63,839 nt of DNA, filler included, from Octopus bimaculoides (GCF_001194135.2; 4 parts of 4 records of this genome joined end to end with filler, not necessarily neighbours in it); one strand, 5' to 3'. Shown: positions 26,459 through 38,875, numbered from the whole stretch's first letter. Made by a program: numbers and translations. The notes: generated from the letters alone by a model not told the origin.

Positions 26459-26737
26459 CTAGAAATAGAAAAAAAAAAAGAGGGAAAAAGTTAAAATTAA
26501 TTAGATACACATAAAAGAGAAATTTACAAGTAAACATGGTTAAAACTAAAATTGTAAATTTAATGCAAGTGTGTCTGTGTAGTTGAGTGATTTACTTCCC
26601 AACCACATTGTCTTAGGTTCAATATCAGTGCATGACATTTTCAGCTAGTGTCTTCTATTATAGAAGATGTAAATGCACTGGGTAAATAGAAATTGAAAGA
26701 ATCCATCATATGTCTGTGTGCGTGCATGCATTTATAT

Positions 26738-26996
26738 CATCATCATCATCATCATCGTTTAACGTCCGCTTTCCATGCTAGCATGGGTTGGACGATTTGA
26801 CTGAGGACTGGTGAAACCGGATGGCAACACCAGGCTCCAATCTAAATTTGGCAGAGTTTCTACAGCTGGATGCCCTTCCTAATGCCAACCACTCAGAGAG
26901 TGTAGTAGGTGCTTTTACGTGTCACCCGCACGAAGGCCAGTCAGGCGATACTGGCAACGGCCACGCTCGAAATGGTGTCTTTTATGTGCCACCCGC
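26738..26996 (-). mobile_element. RTE 3' tail (family A) at the scaffold end
   Basis: (CAT)n GTTTAACGTCCGCTTTCCATGC.., cut by the linker. Confidence 0.8.
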
Positions 26997-27096
26997 NNNN
27001 NNNNNNNNNNNNNNNNNNNNNNNNNNNNNNNNNNNNNNNNTTAATTAATTAANNNNNNNNNNNNNNNNNNNNNNNNNNNNNNNNNNNNNNNNNNNN
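26997..27096. other. Artificial scaffold-joining linker N44-TTAATTAATTAA-N44
   Basis: Exactly 100 bp. TTAATTAATTAA gives stops in all six frames, and the cassette is identical at three positions. Confidence 0.95.
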
Positions 27097-27342
27097 AGTT
27101 TTGGAGGGTTTTAACTCCTCTTTCAAACAAACAGGCGCATAATGTATCCTGACTTTTTATTATATATTTTGCATATTTGGATTATGTTTGCTGGCCACTT
27201 TATCATTATTTTTATAGATAATAACTTATTTGAATTTTAAATTTATACTTGCTCACTAATGTTCGTTTGGAAGTCGCCGGGTCTTCAGCTGAACAACGCG
27301 CACGAGAAGGTAAATGTTTTTTGAAATTGTTTACGTAGTAAG

Positions 27343-27402
27343 CCAAACTGATGAGCTTTAAGTGTTGGTTCGACACAGAAAGTGAAATCAATTGATACTA
27401 GG
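27343..27402 (+). ncRNA. Type I hammerhead-ribozyme-like motif
   Basis: CTGATGA (27348-54); stem II GCTTT/AAAGT extended by GTGT/ACAC; GAAA (27384-87); palindromic stem III ATCAATTGAT; site AUA at 27397; stem I CCAAA/CTAGG only 3 of 5 paired. Confidence 0.6.
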
Positions 27403-28054
27403 ATGTCTATGCTCGCATTTGTATTTTACTATTTGTATTTTGCAAGTGGAAGAACCGTTTCGGAGAAATATGTTTGCTATATTCTCCGTGCGTGTTAATA
27501 TATAGTCTGAGATGCGTGGTTTTCGAGGTTTTTAAACTCCTCTTTCAAGCAAACAGGTGCATATTGGACCCTGACTATTTATTATATACATATGTATGTA
27601 TACATGTGTGTGTATGTGTATGTATATATATATATATNNNNNNNNNNNNNNNNNNNNNNNNNNNNNNNNNNNNNNNNNNNNNNNNNNNNNNNNNNNNNNN
27701 NNNNNNNNNNNNNNNNNNNNNNNNNNNNNNNNNNNNNNNNNNNNNNNNNNNNNNNNNNNNNNNNNNNNNNNNNNNNNNNNNNNNNNNNNNNNNNNNNNNN
27801 NNNNNNNNNNNNNNNNNNNNNNNNNNNNNNNNNNNNNNNNNNNNNNNNNNNNNNNNNNNNNNNNNNNNNNNNNNNNNNNNNNNNNNNNNNNNNNNNNNNN
27901 NNNNNNNNNNNNNNNNNNNNNNNNNNNNNNNNNNNNNNNNNNNNNNNNNNNNNNNNNNNNNNNNNNNNNNNNNNNNNNNNNNNNNNNNNNNNNNNNNNNN
28001 NNNTATATATGCATATATGTTTGTATACTATTATGCACATACATAATCTACCAG

Positions 28055-28704
28055 AATCGGTAGCACGCAGGAGAAAATGCTTAGCCGCATTTCATCCGTC
28101 TTTACGTTCTGACTTCAAACTCCGCCGAGGTCGACTTTGCCTTTCATCCTTTCGTGGTCGATAAATTAAGTGCCAGTGAAACACTGGGGTCGATATAATC
28201 AACTAGTCCCTTACCCGCAAACTTCAAGCCTTGTCCCTTTAGTAGAAAGGATTATTATTATTAAGTTGGCAAGCTGGCAGAATCGTTAGCACACCAGGCA
28301 AAGAGCTTAACGACATTTCGTCCGTCTTAACGTTCCGAGTTCAAATTCCACCGAGATCGACTTTGCCATTCATCCTTTTGGTATCGATAAAATAGTACCA
28401 GTTGAAAACAGGGGTCGATGTAATTGAATCATCCCCTTCCCCAAAATTGCTGCCCTTGGTGCAAAATTTGAAACCATTATCATTATTATCAAGTCGGAGA
28501 GCTGGCTGAATCGTTAGCACGCCGCATAAAATGCTTAGAGGCATTTCGTCCGTCTTTACATTCTGAGTTCAAATTCCGTCGACGTCTGCTTTGCCTTTCA
28601 TCCTTTCGGGGCTGATAAATTAAGTACCAGTGAAACATTGAGATCAATGTAACCAACTTGTCCCCTCCCCACAAATTTCAAGCTTTGTAACTTTAGTAGA
28701 AAGG

Positions 28705-28763
<59 letters not shown>

Positions 28764-28775
28764 CATCATCATCAT

Positions 28776-28811
<36 letters not shown>

Positions 28812-28970
28812 TATTATCATTATTCTAATATTCTATTACGCCGTGGTCAACTTTGCTTTTCATTCCTCTGAGATCGATAAAATAAAGTACCAGTTAAGTA
28901 TTGGAGTCGATGCTATTGACTAAATCCCTACCCCTAATATTGCTGGCCTTGTGCCAAAGTCTGAAACATT
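28055..28970 (+). mobile_element. Head-to-tail array of family C SINEs (three full copies and one 5'-truncated)
   Basis: Copies at about 28055-28250, 28265-28480, 28495-28705 and 28840-28970, separated by (ATT)n/(ATC)n tails. Confidence 0.8.
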
Positions 28971-28981
28971 TTTATTATTAT

Positions 28982-29367
28982 ATATCACATAATCACACAA
29001 AACTAATCACTAAACGAAGAAAGAGTTCATCTCACGCTGCAGGCACCAAAGTAAATTAAGCCTAACAAAATGGTCGAAACCCTAAACAAGATAATCACCA
29101 TTTGGAATTTGAAAAACAGAGACTGGAGGGTTTAATTTTAGTTACAAACACGTAAACATGAAACACACACACTCTCACATACACATGCGCGTATATAAAC
29201 ATACATGCGTATATACAACGAGCTTTCGCACAGTCTCCGTTTTTCAAATTCTAAATAGTGATTATATTGTTTAGGATTTCGACCATCTTGTTAGGCTTAA
29301 TTTACTTTGGTGCCTGCAGCATGAGATGAACTCTTTCTTCGTTTAGTTTTGTGTGATTATGTGATAT
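28982..29367. mobile_element. Foldback element / MITE with ~140-bp inverted arms
   Basis: 28982-29125 is the reverse complement of 29231-29367 with few substitutions and one 6-nt indel; possible TA flanks. Confidence 0.8.
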
Positions 29368-30087
29368 TTTCTGTGTTGCATAGGAAGCAAATTCACTTGT
29401 GTAGTTTGAACTATATAACACGTTAGAGAAAGAGATTTTTCTGTTTCTTGCAATAAATACATCTAAATCAAAATTTTTCATGGTCTCCAATTAACTATTT
29501 TGCTTGCATGGACCCCCAAAAGACCCCCAGGTATAATTAACGTTTTAACGCGGGTCTTTTTTTTTTCTTTTTTTGTGATCATGGTTTATACTGGTGCATA
29601 TCGTACGTTTACTGCTCAAAAGTTTACCAAGAATGATAAATGGGAGATAGTTTTGCTGCGTTCTGTATAAGTAACTATTTTCTTTACATTCAAAAATACA
29701 TTTGTATGTTGCCAAATAATGCATGTAACTAAGAATACTCATAACACATTTGTGCGCATGACTGCATCTATCACTATATGGGTAAGCCGATAGAGAGATT
29801 GCCATGTGTGTATTTCATGGAACCTGTAAATGTATCAGGCTTTTATTGATAATCATCAATTGATTGCAGTATTAAGAGGGTGTGAGGGAGTTAGCTATAT
29901 ACAGACTGTAAGTGTTGAAAGACACAGTGATTGGATGTGATAAGGCAGAGGATGGAAACCTAGCCTGTATGGACCTACAAAGATGAATTTCTTAACATTT
30001 ATTCTGTAAGAAAAGTTAAAGAATGTTATCAAGGCAATTTATATAGATGATAAATATAAATGTATACCACACCCTAAACACAATTTT

Positions 30088-30107
30088 AGTAGTAGTAGTA
30101 GTAGTAA

Positions 30108-30161
<54 letters not shown>

Positions 30162-30368
30162 AAATAACAGCAGCAGTCTTCCATTATCTCCTTCTCTCTC
30201 CCCCTCTTTCTCTCTGTACCTCTTTCTCGCTCCTACCCCTCAGGGTGTGTATGTGTGTATCGTTTCTTGTTCTGTAAAATTTCTTCTTTTGATGCTATGA
30301 TGTTATGGGAACATGGAAGCTATCATTACCATCATCATGAACATTATTATTATTGTTGTGGTGGTGGT

Positions 30369-30421
<53 letters not shown>

Positions 30422-30632
30422 TCATCATAATCATTATTATTATTATTATTAATAATAATAATATAGTTTATTGTTATTGTTATTATTGCTTTTTTATGCT
30501 TGTTATTGTTATTCTACAGCAATACGAACGAAGCCATTTCTCCCAAATTGCCATTGTCATAAGAAATACGAGCTGATTGTAGTGTGTAATCGGCTTACGA
30601 CACACAGCGATTGGTAAAATCTGTTCGGATGG

Positions 30633-30694
<62 letters not shown>

Positions 30695-30949
30695 GAGAGA
30701 GGCAAGTGTGAGGGGGAAGACAAATGATGGGATGTGTGAGAGGAGATGAGAGAGAATGGGAAATGAAGACGGTGAAGATGTCATTGAAGTGTGTGCGCAT
30801 GTTTGAATGTGTGTGTAAAAGAGAGCGAGCGAGCGAGAGAGAGAGAGAGAGAGAAAGAAAGAGAGAGAGTGGGAGAGAGGTAGTGTGTGTGTGTGTATGG
30901 TGTGTGTGTGTNNNNNNNNNNAGGAGGAGGAGGAGGATTGCTAACAACA

Positions 30950-30982
<33 letters not shown>

Positions 30983-30990
30983 GATATAAA
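30088..30990. repeat. Cluster of (AGT)n, (ATT)n, (GA)n, (AGG)n and (AAT)n microsatellites
   Basis: Directly visible runs; they explain the poly-V, poly-S and RE-type ORFs here. Confidence 0.9.
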
Positions 30991-31145
30991 CAACCACAAC
31001 AATGTTTGAATTAGTGTTACTTAGCTGTCTTCACCAACATGAAGTGATTTGTATCAAACGAAGTAAACAGACTTACATTTACATTTTTTTAATCCTGGCA
31101 GATAACTGAAATGTATAAACGTGTGTATATGAACATACATACATA

Positions 31146-31231
<86 letters not shown>

Positions 31232-32129
31232 CTAAATGATATAGTCTGTTTATGATAAATACATCTTGAATGTTTCATATCCAAGAGATCTATTTACTTA
31301 TTTTTTCCAATGCAAATGAAATATATCATTCCCCAACAATATAAGAGCTACACGCCTTCGCATTTTTCGAGATCCAGAGTGCATTACCGGAAATCCTGCG
31401 AGAAAAAGAAACAAAATTTCATATGCGCATATATATATGGATGTACATATATATTCATTATATGTATGCATGCATGTAAAATGAGAAATAATGTGTCGGT
31501 CTAGCTTCTAATGATTCATGAATTCATATCCCATGTAAACCCCTAAACAGAATACCTTATTCTACGTTCTTTCACTTTACTATAAAGGAACATAAATATA
31601 AACAAAAAATACTCTCCGTATTCTGAAATGTAACGATTCTTTCCTGCACGCACACGCTCATATTTACATTCACACACATGCATATACACCTGTGTGTATA
31701 TTTCTTGTAGTTTTTATCTTTTACTTGTTTCAATCATTAGACTGCAGCCTTGCTGGGGCATTGCCTTGAAGAATATTTAGTCGATTGAATCGACCCTAGT
31801 AATTATTTCTTGTTAAGCCTGGTACGTATTCTATCTGGCTCTTTTGCCAAACCGCTAAGTTACAGGGACGTAAACACAGGCACAAAGACACACACATATG
31901 CATGTGTATGTATGAAATTACTCGTATGTATGTGTGGGTGAGGCATACATACAAACTTATGCACACATGTATAAATATACTTACTTGTATATGTTTGTAT
32001 GTGTGTGCATATATTACGTACTTACCTATATATGCGTGTGTGCGTGTGTGCGTGCATCTGTGTTTGAGTGTACATAAATGCAGGTACGTGTGGTGGGGTG
32101 CATGCGTGCGTCATCGTCTGTATGTCTTG

Positions 32130-32410
32130 TCTTCAGTTCTCAGCTTGCGGTGAAGTCATGGCGACAGTGGTGTAATATATTATACACCAGTGTTCTGCAT
32201 GTGGCGGCTTTAATTGCTAAAGCTCTGGTCTCCGTTGGTGATTTCCCCGTCCATAACTCGGTTACGCTCGTCCCCCTTTTTCTCTATCTGCCTCTACTGT
32301 TTCCCTTCCACGGTTCCTTGAAGAACGTTTTTTGCAATGTCATTAGATCTTGTTACATGGCCTTACCATTTCAGCTTTCTGATGATAGACGGTTTCACAA
32401 ACCAGCTAAT
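32130..32410 (-). mobile_element. RTE-clade LINE ORF2 C-terminal fragment
   Basis: Minus translation IRKLKW*GHVTRSNDIAKNVLQGTVEGKQ*RQIEKK, the typical RTE/BovB-like terminal motif. Confidence 0.7.
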
Positions 32411-32434
32411 TCGGGATGTAGTCAAAGTAGTAAA

Positions 32435-32580
32435 TATTCTTTTCTACTCTAAGCACAAGGCCCGAAATTTTGGGGAGAGGGGGCCAGTCGATTAGATAGA
32501 CCCCAGTATGTAACCGGTACTTAATTTATCGATACCCAAAAGGATGAAGGGCAAAGTTGACCTCGGCGGAATTTGAAGTA
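32435..32580 (-). mobile_element. Family C SINE fragment
   Basis: CTACTCTAAGCACAAGGCCCGAAATTTTGGG..GGCGGAATTTGAA. Similar copies at 42062-42260(-), 49990-50210(-) and 53100-53270(+). Confidence 0.75.
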
Positions 32581-33439
32581 GTAAATATTAAAAATCTTAC
32601 AATAACATCTTATTTCCAATGACTGTATTTCCAAAGTCTTATTTCCAATACCTTTATTTTCCTCTGAATCTCTAATTGTCTGAAATTTCATGTCATATAA
32701 ATTTCATTTCAAGCCATAAGTGGCTCAAGAACAGAACTTAAACCGTAGGGACTTTATTACCCACATCGAGAAGATGGAATAACTGGACGTTCTAGAGATA
32801 ATACATTTAACTGAGATGGAGAAGTCGGGAAAGAAACCAAATAACGTTTTGATGCTCGTTGTCGTCTCCTGTCCAGTTGAATTGATCATTTACCCAATGT
32901 TTGATGCCATGATATCATCGGCGTTTGTATATTTGAGCAAGATTTCGCTGAAATACGCAAATTTACTGATTAATATATTGAATTCATCTTCATTTCTCCG
33001 TAAAGCGAATAGAAATGCTTGCAAATACAACTTCGAATTCATACAAAATTACATTAAAAAGTGTGTATGTCTGAGTATGTGTGGGTGATGCATTTCTCTT
33101 TTGTGCTTTTGTGTACCATGTATGTGAATGTCCGCGTGTTTTAATGCGCGCTTGATAGTTGTGTGATGGATAGACAGATAGAATACATACATACATACAT
33201 ACATACATACATACATGCATGCATGCTTACATGCATGCATATATAAATGCATAGAGTAAAAAATCACGATAGAGAAAATTTAACACTAAATGGTGGCGAG
33301 AAAGAACTAGAACCTAAGAGAGTAAACGCACAATATATCGCTAAATAGAGATAGGGAAAGAGAGAGCAAGAGAGAGCAATGTTTAATTAATTCAAACAGA
33401 AAGGAGCGAATGAATTCTAAAGATATAGCGATAAATACT

Positions 33440-33635
33440 TGCGCTCGCGTGTATATGCATGTGTGTGTATATATATGTGTGTGTGTGTATGTATATATAT
33501 ATATATGTGTGTGTAATATATATGTATATAGGTGTGTGTGTATATGTATATATATATGTGGGTGTGTATATATATATATGTATATATATGTGTGTGTGTG
33601 TGTATGTATTATATATATCTATATATATATGTGTG

Positions 33636-33698
<63 letters not shown>

Positions 33699-34195
33699 NN
33701 NNNNNNNNNNNNNNNNNNNNNNNNNNNNNNNNNNNNNNNNNNNNNNNNNNNNNNNNNNNNNNNNNNNNNNNNNNNNNNNNNNNNNNNNNNNNNNNNNNNN
33801 NNNNNNNNNNNNNNNNNNNNNNNNNNNNNNNNNNNNNNNNNNNNNNNNNNNNNNNNNNNNNNNNNNNNNNNNNNNNNNNNNNNNNNNNNNNNNNNNNNNN
33901 NNNNNNNNNNNNNNNNNNNNNNNNNNNNNNNNNNNNNNNNNNNNNNNNNNNNNNNNGTGTATCAATATATATGTATATGTATTTATGTGTGTATGTATAT
34001 ATATATATGTCTATATATATATATATATATGTATATATATGTGTCTATATATATATATGCATATATATGTGTGTGTGTATGTATTTATATATATATGTAT
34101 ATATATATATATGTGTGTATGTATAAGTATGTGTATATATATATATGTGTGTGTGTATATAAGTATGTGTACATATATATGTGTGTGTGTATAAG

Positions 34196-34227
<32 letters not shown>

Positions 34228-34254
34228 CGCATGTATGTATATAAGTATGTGTAC

Positions 34255-34285
<31 letters not shown>

Positions 34286-34295
34286 TGTATGTATG
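33440..34295. repeat. Compound (TA)/(TG)/(TATG) microsatellite flanking a gap
   Basis: Low-complexity sequence; the long ORFs here are artefacts. Confidence 0.9.
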
Positions 34296-35067
34296 TAGGA
34301 CGACAGTAATAAAACGAACAAGAAATCAGCCAATAATTGAATGGGTGAAAATTCAAAAGCCGTCGACAGCTAGTGCATTATGGGAATTGAACAATGTCTC
34401 ATATGTACGAAGGATGGCTTTGTGGTGGAGAAAGAGCCCCAAGCTAACCACAGATAATGACTTGACACTTCCTTTGCATTCGATCTGCTCAACTGAGAAT
34501 ACCGACTTCCGGCCAATCTTTCTACGGAAACTAAACGTCGCTGTACAGCCGGGCTTTTTTCCGTTTGTGTGTGCGTGTGTGTGTATTTGCGCGCGCGCGC
34601 GTAACAGAGAGAAATAGGCAAGCAGGATAGACGGTGTGTGAAAGAAAAAGCAAAAGGAGATTATGTATGCGTGAGAAAGTGAGAGAGAGAGTTTGTATGA
34701 GCGAGAGAGCATATTTCTATATTTCAGTGTGCGCGTGCGTGTGTGGGTGTGTGGGTGTGTGCGTGCACGTGCGCGTGTGCGTGTGTGTGCGCCCGTGCGT
34801 GTGCGTGTGTGTGTGTGTATTTGTGTGTGGAATATATTTATGTAAGAGATTTTGTCCATGTATGTGACTTGAAAAGTGTGTACATGTACGCCTGCATATC
34901 TGTGTGCATGTACGTGTCTGTACCTACCTTTGTTTGACTCAATGTGTGAGTATATAGGTAGGACTATTTATTTGTGCATGCTGTATGTATCCGTTATATA
35001 TGAATACCACCAGAGAAAAAAATAATGCGAGAGAAGAGATTTTTAAAAAAAGATATAGAAAACTGGG

Positions 35068-35098
<31 letters not shown>

Positions 35099-35125
35099 GA
35101 TAGATAGATAGATAGATAGATAGAT

Positions 35126-35187
<62 letters not shown>

Positions 35188-35677
35188 NNNNNNNNNNNNN
35201 NNNNNNNNNNNNNNNNNNNNNNNNNNNNNNNNNNNNNNNNNNNNNNNNNNNNNNNNNNNNNNNNNNNNNNNNNNNNNNNNNNNNNNNNNNNNNNNNNNNN
35301 NNNNNNNNNNNNNNNNNNNNNNNNNNNNNNNNNNNNNNNNNNNNNNNNNNNNNNNNNNNNNNNNNNNNNNNNNNNNNNNNNNNNNNNNNNNNNNNNNNNN
35401 NNNNNNNNNNNNNNNNNNNNNNNNNNNNNNNNNNNNNNNNNNNNNNNNNNNNNNNNNNNNNATATATATATATATATATATATATAACATATATAGAGAG
35501 AGATATAGATATAGATATACATAAATATATATAGGCATATATATATATATGAATATATGTACATATATTTATATTATACACATACGCTTACACCTGCATA
35601 AATATGTTGGCGCATACGTTTATGTGTACATAAATGTTTGTCTGTATACGTATACAGGCGCATGCGCACAGAACCAT

Positions 35678-35759
35678 ACAAACGTACAGAAGCACACAAT
35701 CGTACAGAAGCACACAAACGTACAGAAGCACACAAACGTACAGAAGCACACAAACGTAC
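35678..35759. repeat. 18-bp minisatellite, about 4.5 copies
   Basis: Unit ACAAACGTACAGAAGCAC. Confidence 0.9.
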
Positions 35760-35884
35760 GCGCATACACACACATATTAGTTTCTAGTTCTTCAGAAAGG
35801 GACAATGGCAGCCTAAAGCTGTCTGCAAGTCGAGAGAATGGTCGTTGAGGCTGTGTTAAGTGTGAGGGAGACACTTTAAGAGGC

Positions 35885-35948
<64 letters not shown>

Positions 35949-36441
35949 GGAAAAGCTGGCACCGGAAATGGGTGTAACACTTATTAAACCGGAAATGAGA
36001 GATGGCAGATATCGAGAAGTGATTGTGGGATAGTCAATCATTTTGTTGTTATTGCTATTGTTGTTGTTGTTGATAATTTTGCTTCTCTCTGTCTTTTTGT
36101 TTTCCCTACCTCCTACTCACTCATTCTAACACTCTCTTCATTACTCACTCCTTCTCATTCTCTTCCTGTAGTCTCTCTTTTTAAATCATCTTTCTTTCGA
36201 TATCTGTATGTGTGTGTATGTATGAATGCGTGTATGTTTATAAACACGTATGCAAGTATGCATAAAACTAACAATTTATTTGTCTACCTTTTTATCTATC
36301 TATCTATTTGTACACCGATCTATCCAACTTATCTCCCAGTCTTACTGGGAGTACATCTATCTATATAAGTTTCTATCTATATCCTAATTTACCCACTATG
36401 TATCTAACTATCAACCAACTTATTTAGCTGTTATATATGTG

Positions 36442-36534
<93 letters not shown>

Positions 36535-36892
36535 GTATGTATGGATGTATATTTATATATATATACATACATACCTATATATTTATACCTATATATTTAT
36601 CTCTGTAATTATCTACCTCATAGAAGGAGGAGGAAAAGGACAAAATGCAATGTAAAAACAATAAAAATATACTTTCTTTCCATCAACAAACCAGTAGGTA
36701 AATTTGTGAACAAACCACAAAAGACAATGTGATTTTAAAATTACGTTGCAAAGTTGTAAGCTTCACGACTTCAAATGTATATGAGTCACATGTGTACGAC
36801 GTATGACGATTTTTTTGTCAACTCACCATTTACTTACAGCGAACAACTACATAAAACAAAACTAGATTGGCTGAGAAAGCTTGATTGTTATA

Positions 36893-36929
36893 GTCACAAC
36901 ATTTCAGCCTTCCGCCATCTTCAAGAGTC
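36893..36929 (-). ncRNA. Decayed minimal type I hammerhead-like motif
   Basis: Minus strand GACTC-TTGAAGA-T-GGC-GGAAG-GCT-GAAAT-GTT-GTGAC. C3 and stem I are degraded. Confidence 0.3.
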
Positions 36930-37156
36930 CGTTGCATTTAGTAAATTTCTTCGAATTTCAAACTAAACCTATATTAATCCCACTGATCTATATTGTTCTC
37001 GTTTTGTTGTCCAAACCATGGATATTCTCTTATTCAACAACTTTTCTAGTTTTGATCCCATTTAGACATTCTTCTTGAAGAAGAGGATGTGTGTGTATGT
37101 GTATGTGTGTGTGCGTGCGTGTGTGTGTGCGCGTGCGTGCGTGCGTGCGTGCGTGC

Positions 37157-37189
<33 letters not shown>

Positions 37190-37200
37190 TGTGTATAGTA

Positions 37201-37455
37201 ATGGCTTGTTGCCAACATAATGTGGAAGTCCCAGGAGAGGGAGGAATGTTACTGCTATTTAGCCCGAAGAAACATCGTTTCTAGCTGACTATGGGACACA
37301 AACATTCTGTATCCTTATGTTTTCGAACACGGGAGATTAGCACCGCCACCCAGCAAAACCCAGCATCTACGGACTAGTTTCAGGGTTATTTATCCCCATT
37401 AACGGTAACATTCCTCCTTTACCTGGACTGCCACATTATGCTGGCAACAAGCCAT
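37201..37455. mobile_element. MITE with ~55-bp TIRs
   Basis: ATGGCTTGTTGCCAACATAATGTGGAAGTC..GGAGGAATGTTAC versus the reverse complement of 37401-37455. Confidence 0.75.
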
Positions 37456-37689
37456 CACTTCATCGTGCTGTTACTGCACATCTCTCTTTGAGAGATTTAG
37501 AAATGTGATATTTCCATTCATANNNNNNNNNNNNNNNNNNNNNNNNNNNNNNNNNNNNNNNNNNNNNNNNNNNNNNNNNNNNNNNNNNNNNNNNNNNNNN
37601 NNNNNNNNNNNNNNNNNNNNNNNNNNNNNNNNNNNNNNNNNNNNNNNNNNNNNNNNNNNNNNNNNNNNNNNNNNNNNNNNNNNNNNNNN

Positions 37690-38850
37690 AGGGTGCGTAA
37701 AGTATTTGAGGCCATACCTTTTCTGGGTCATTACTGCATTTTTTGCTAACTCTGTATAATTTTTGTTTCAGAAAATAATAATGCCAGACCCTCAACTTGC
37801 TCAAGAAATGAAGAGGCATGCTGTTATTGTGATTATAAAGGCTGAGCATAGCGATTTAGAAATATCTCGATTTTTAAGAGTTGCCAGATCTTTCGTTTAC
37901 AAAGTTTGTAAGGAGCTAGAGACTGAAGGTGGAAACATATCACCAGTATCAAAGAATAAAAAGCTTTCTAAACGCTCTGAAATCATCAGGACACGTGAAT
38001 TTATCCAGCAAGTTCAACAGACCATTGATTACTATCCCAGAAAGTCCATGAGGTCAATTGCAAAAGATCTCCATTTGTCAGAAGGAACAGTCAGAAATGT
38101 TGTCCATGAAGACATCAGGTATAAGTCTTATATGATGGGGAAAGGTCAATTTGTCAGGAAAAGCAAAAGAAAATCACTACATCAGATCTAAAAGGCTCTT
38201 AAACGAACTGAAAAATCCAGCAGAAGATTTGATTTGGTTTTTCTCAAACGAGAAAAACTTTGACCAAGATCAAAAAGTTAACAGAGGAAATGACAGATGT
38301 TTATGTGCAGGCCCTTCTGAAGTTCCATGTGTTATGCATACAAAATTTCCTGCAATCATCATGGTTTTAGGGGGTGTCAGCAATGGAGGACATGTGAAGC
38401 CTCCTTACTTCTTTCCACAAGGTCTCAGAGTTAACTCTGCCGCCTACATTGAGGTCCCGTATATAATTATTAAACCCTGGACAGTGTATACAATGAAAGG
38501 CCATATGTCTTTCAGTAAGACTCTGCACTATCACACATAGCTCTAGTAACACAGGAGTGGATGGTTGAAAAATTTCATGATCACATTACTCCTAACATTT
38601 GCCCTCCTGATTCCCCAGAGCTCAATCCATTGGACTATTACATGTGGAGCGTTGTTGAGAGAGAGAGGTCAATGAACACGCCCATAACACCAAAGATTCT
38701 TTGAAAGTTGCCATAGTCAGAGTGATGTCCAAAATGAACCAGGATCACTTGATTCGAGCATGAAGATGACTTAGATCTCATATAGAAGCAATTGTTGAAG
38801 CTGGAGTGGCTTTATTGAATAACATTATAGAAAAGAAGATTTATTTTTAT
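37690..38850 (+). mobile_element. Near-full-length maT (DD37D) transposon, pseudogenised
   Basis: TIR-like AGGGTGCG; HTH ORF 37763-38191; WFFSNEKNF (first D changed to N); FQ*DSALSH..SPELNPLDYYMW with 37 residues between the second and third D; frameshifts. Confidence 0.85.
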
Positions 38851-38875
38851 CCTCATAGCAATTTTNNNNNNNNNN

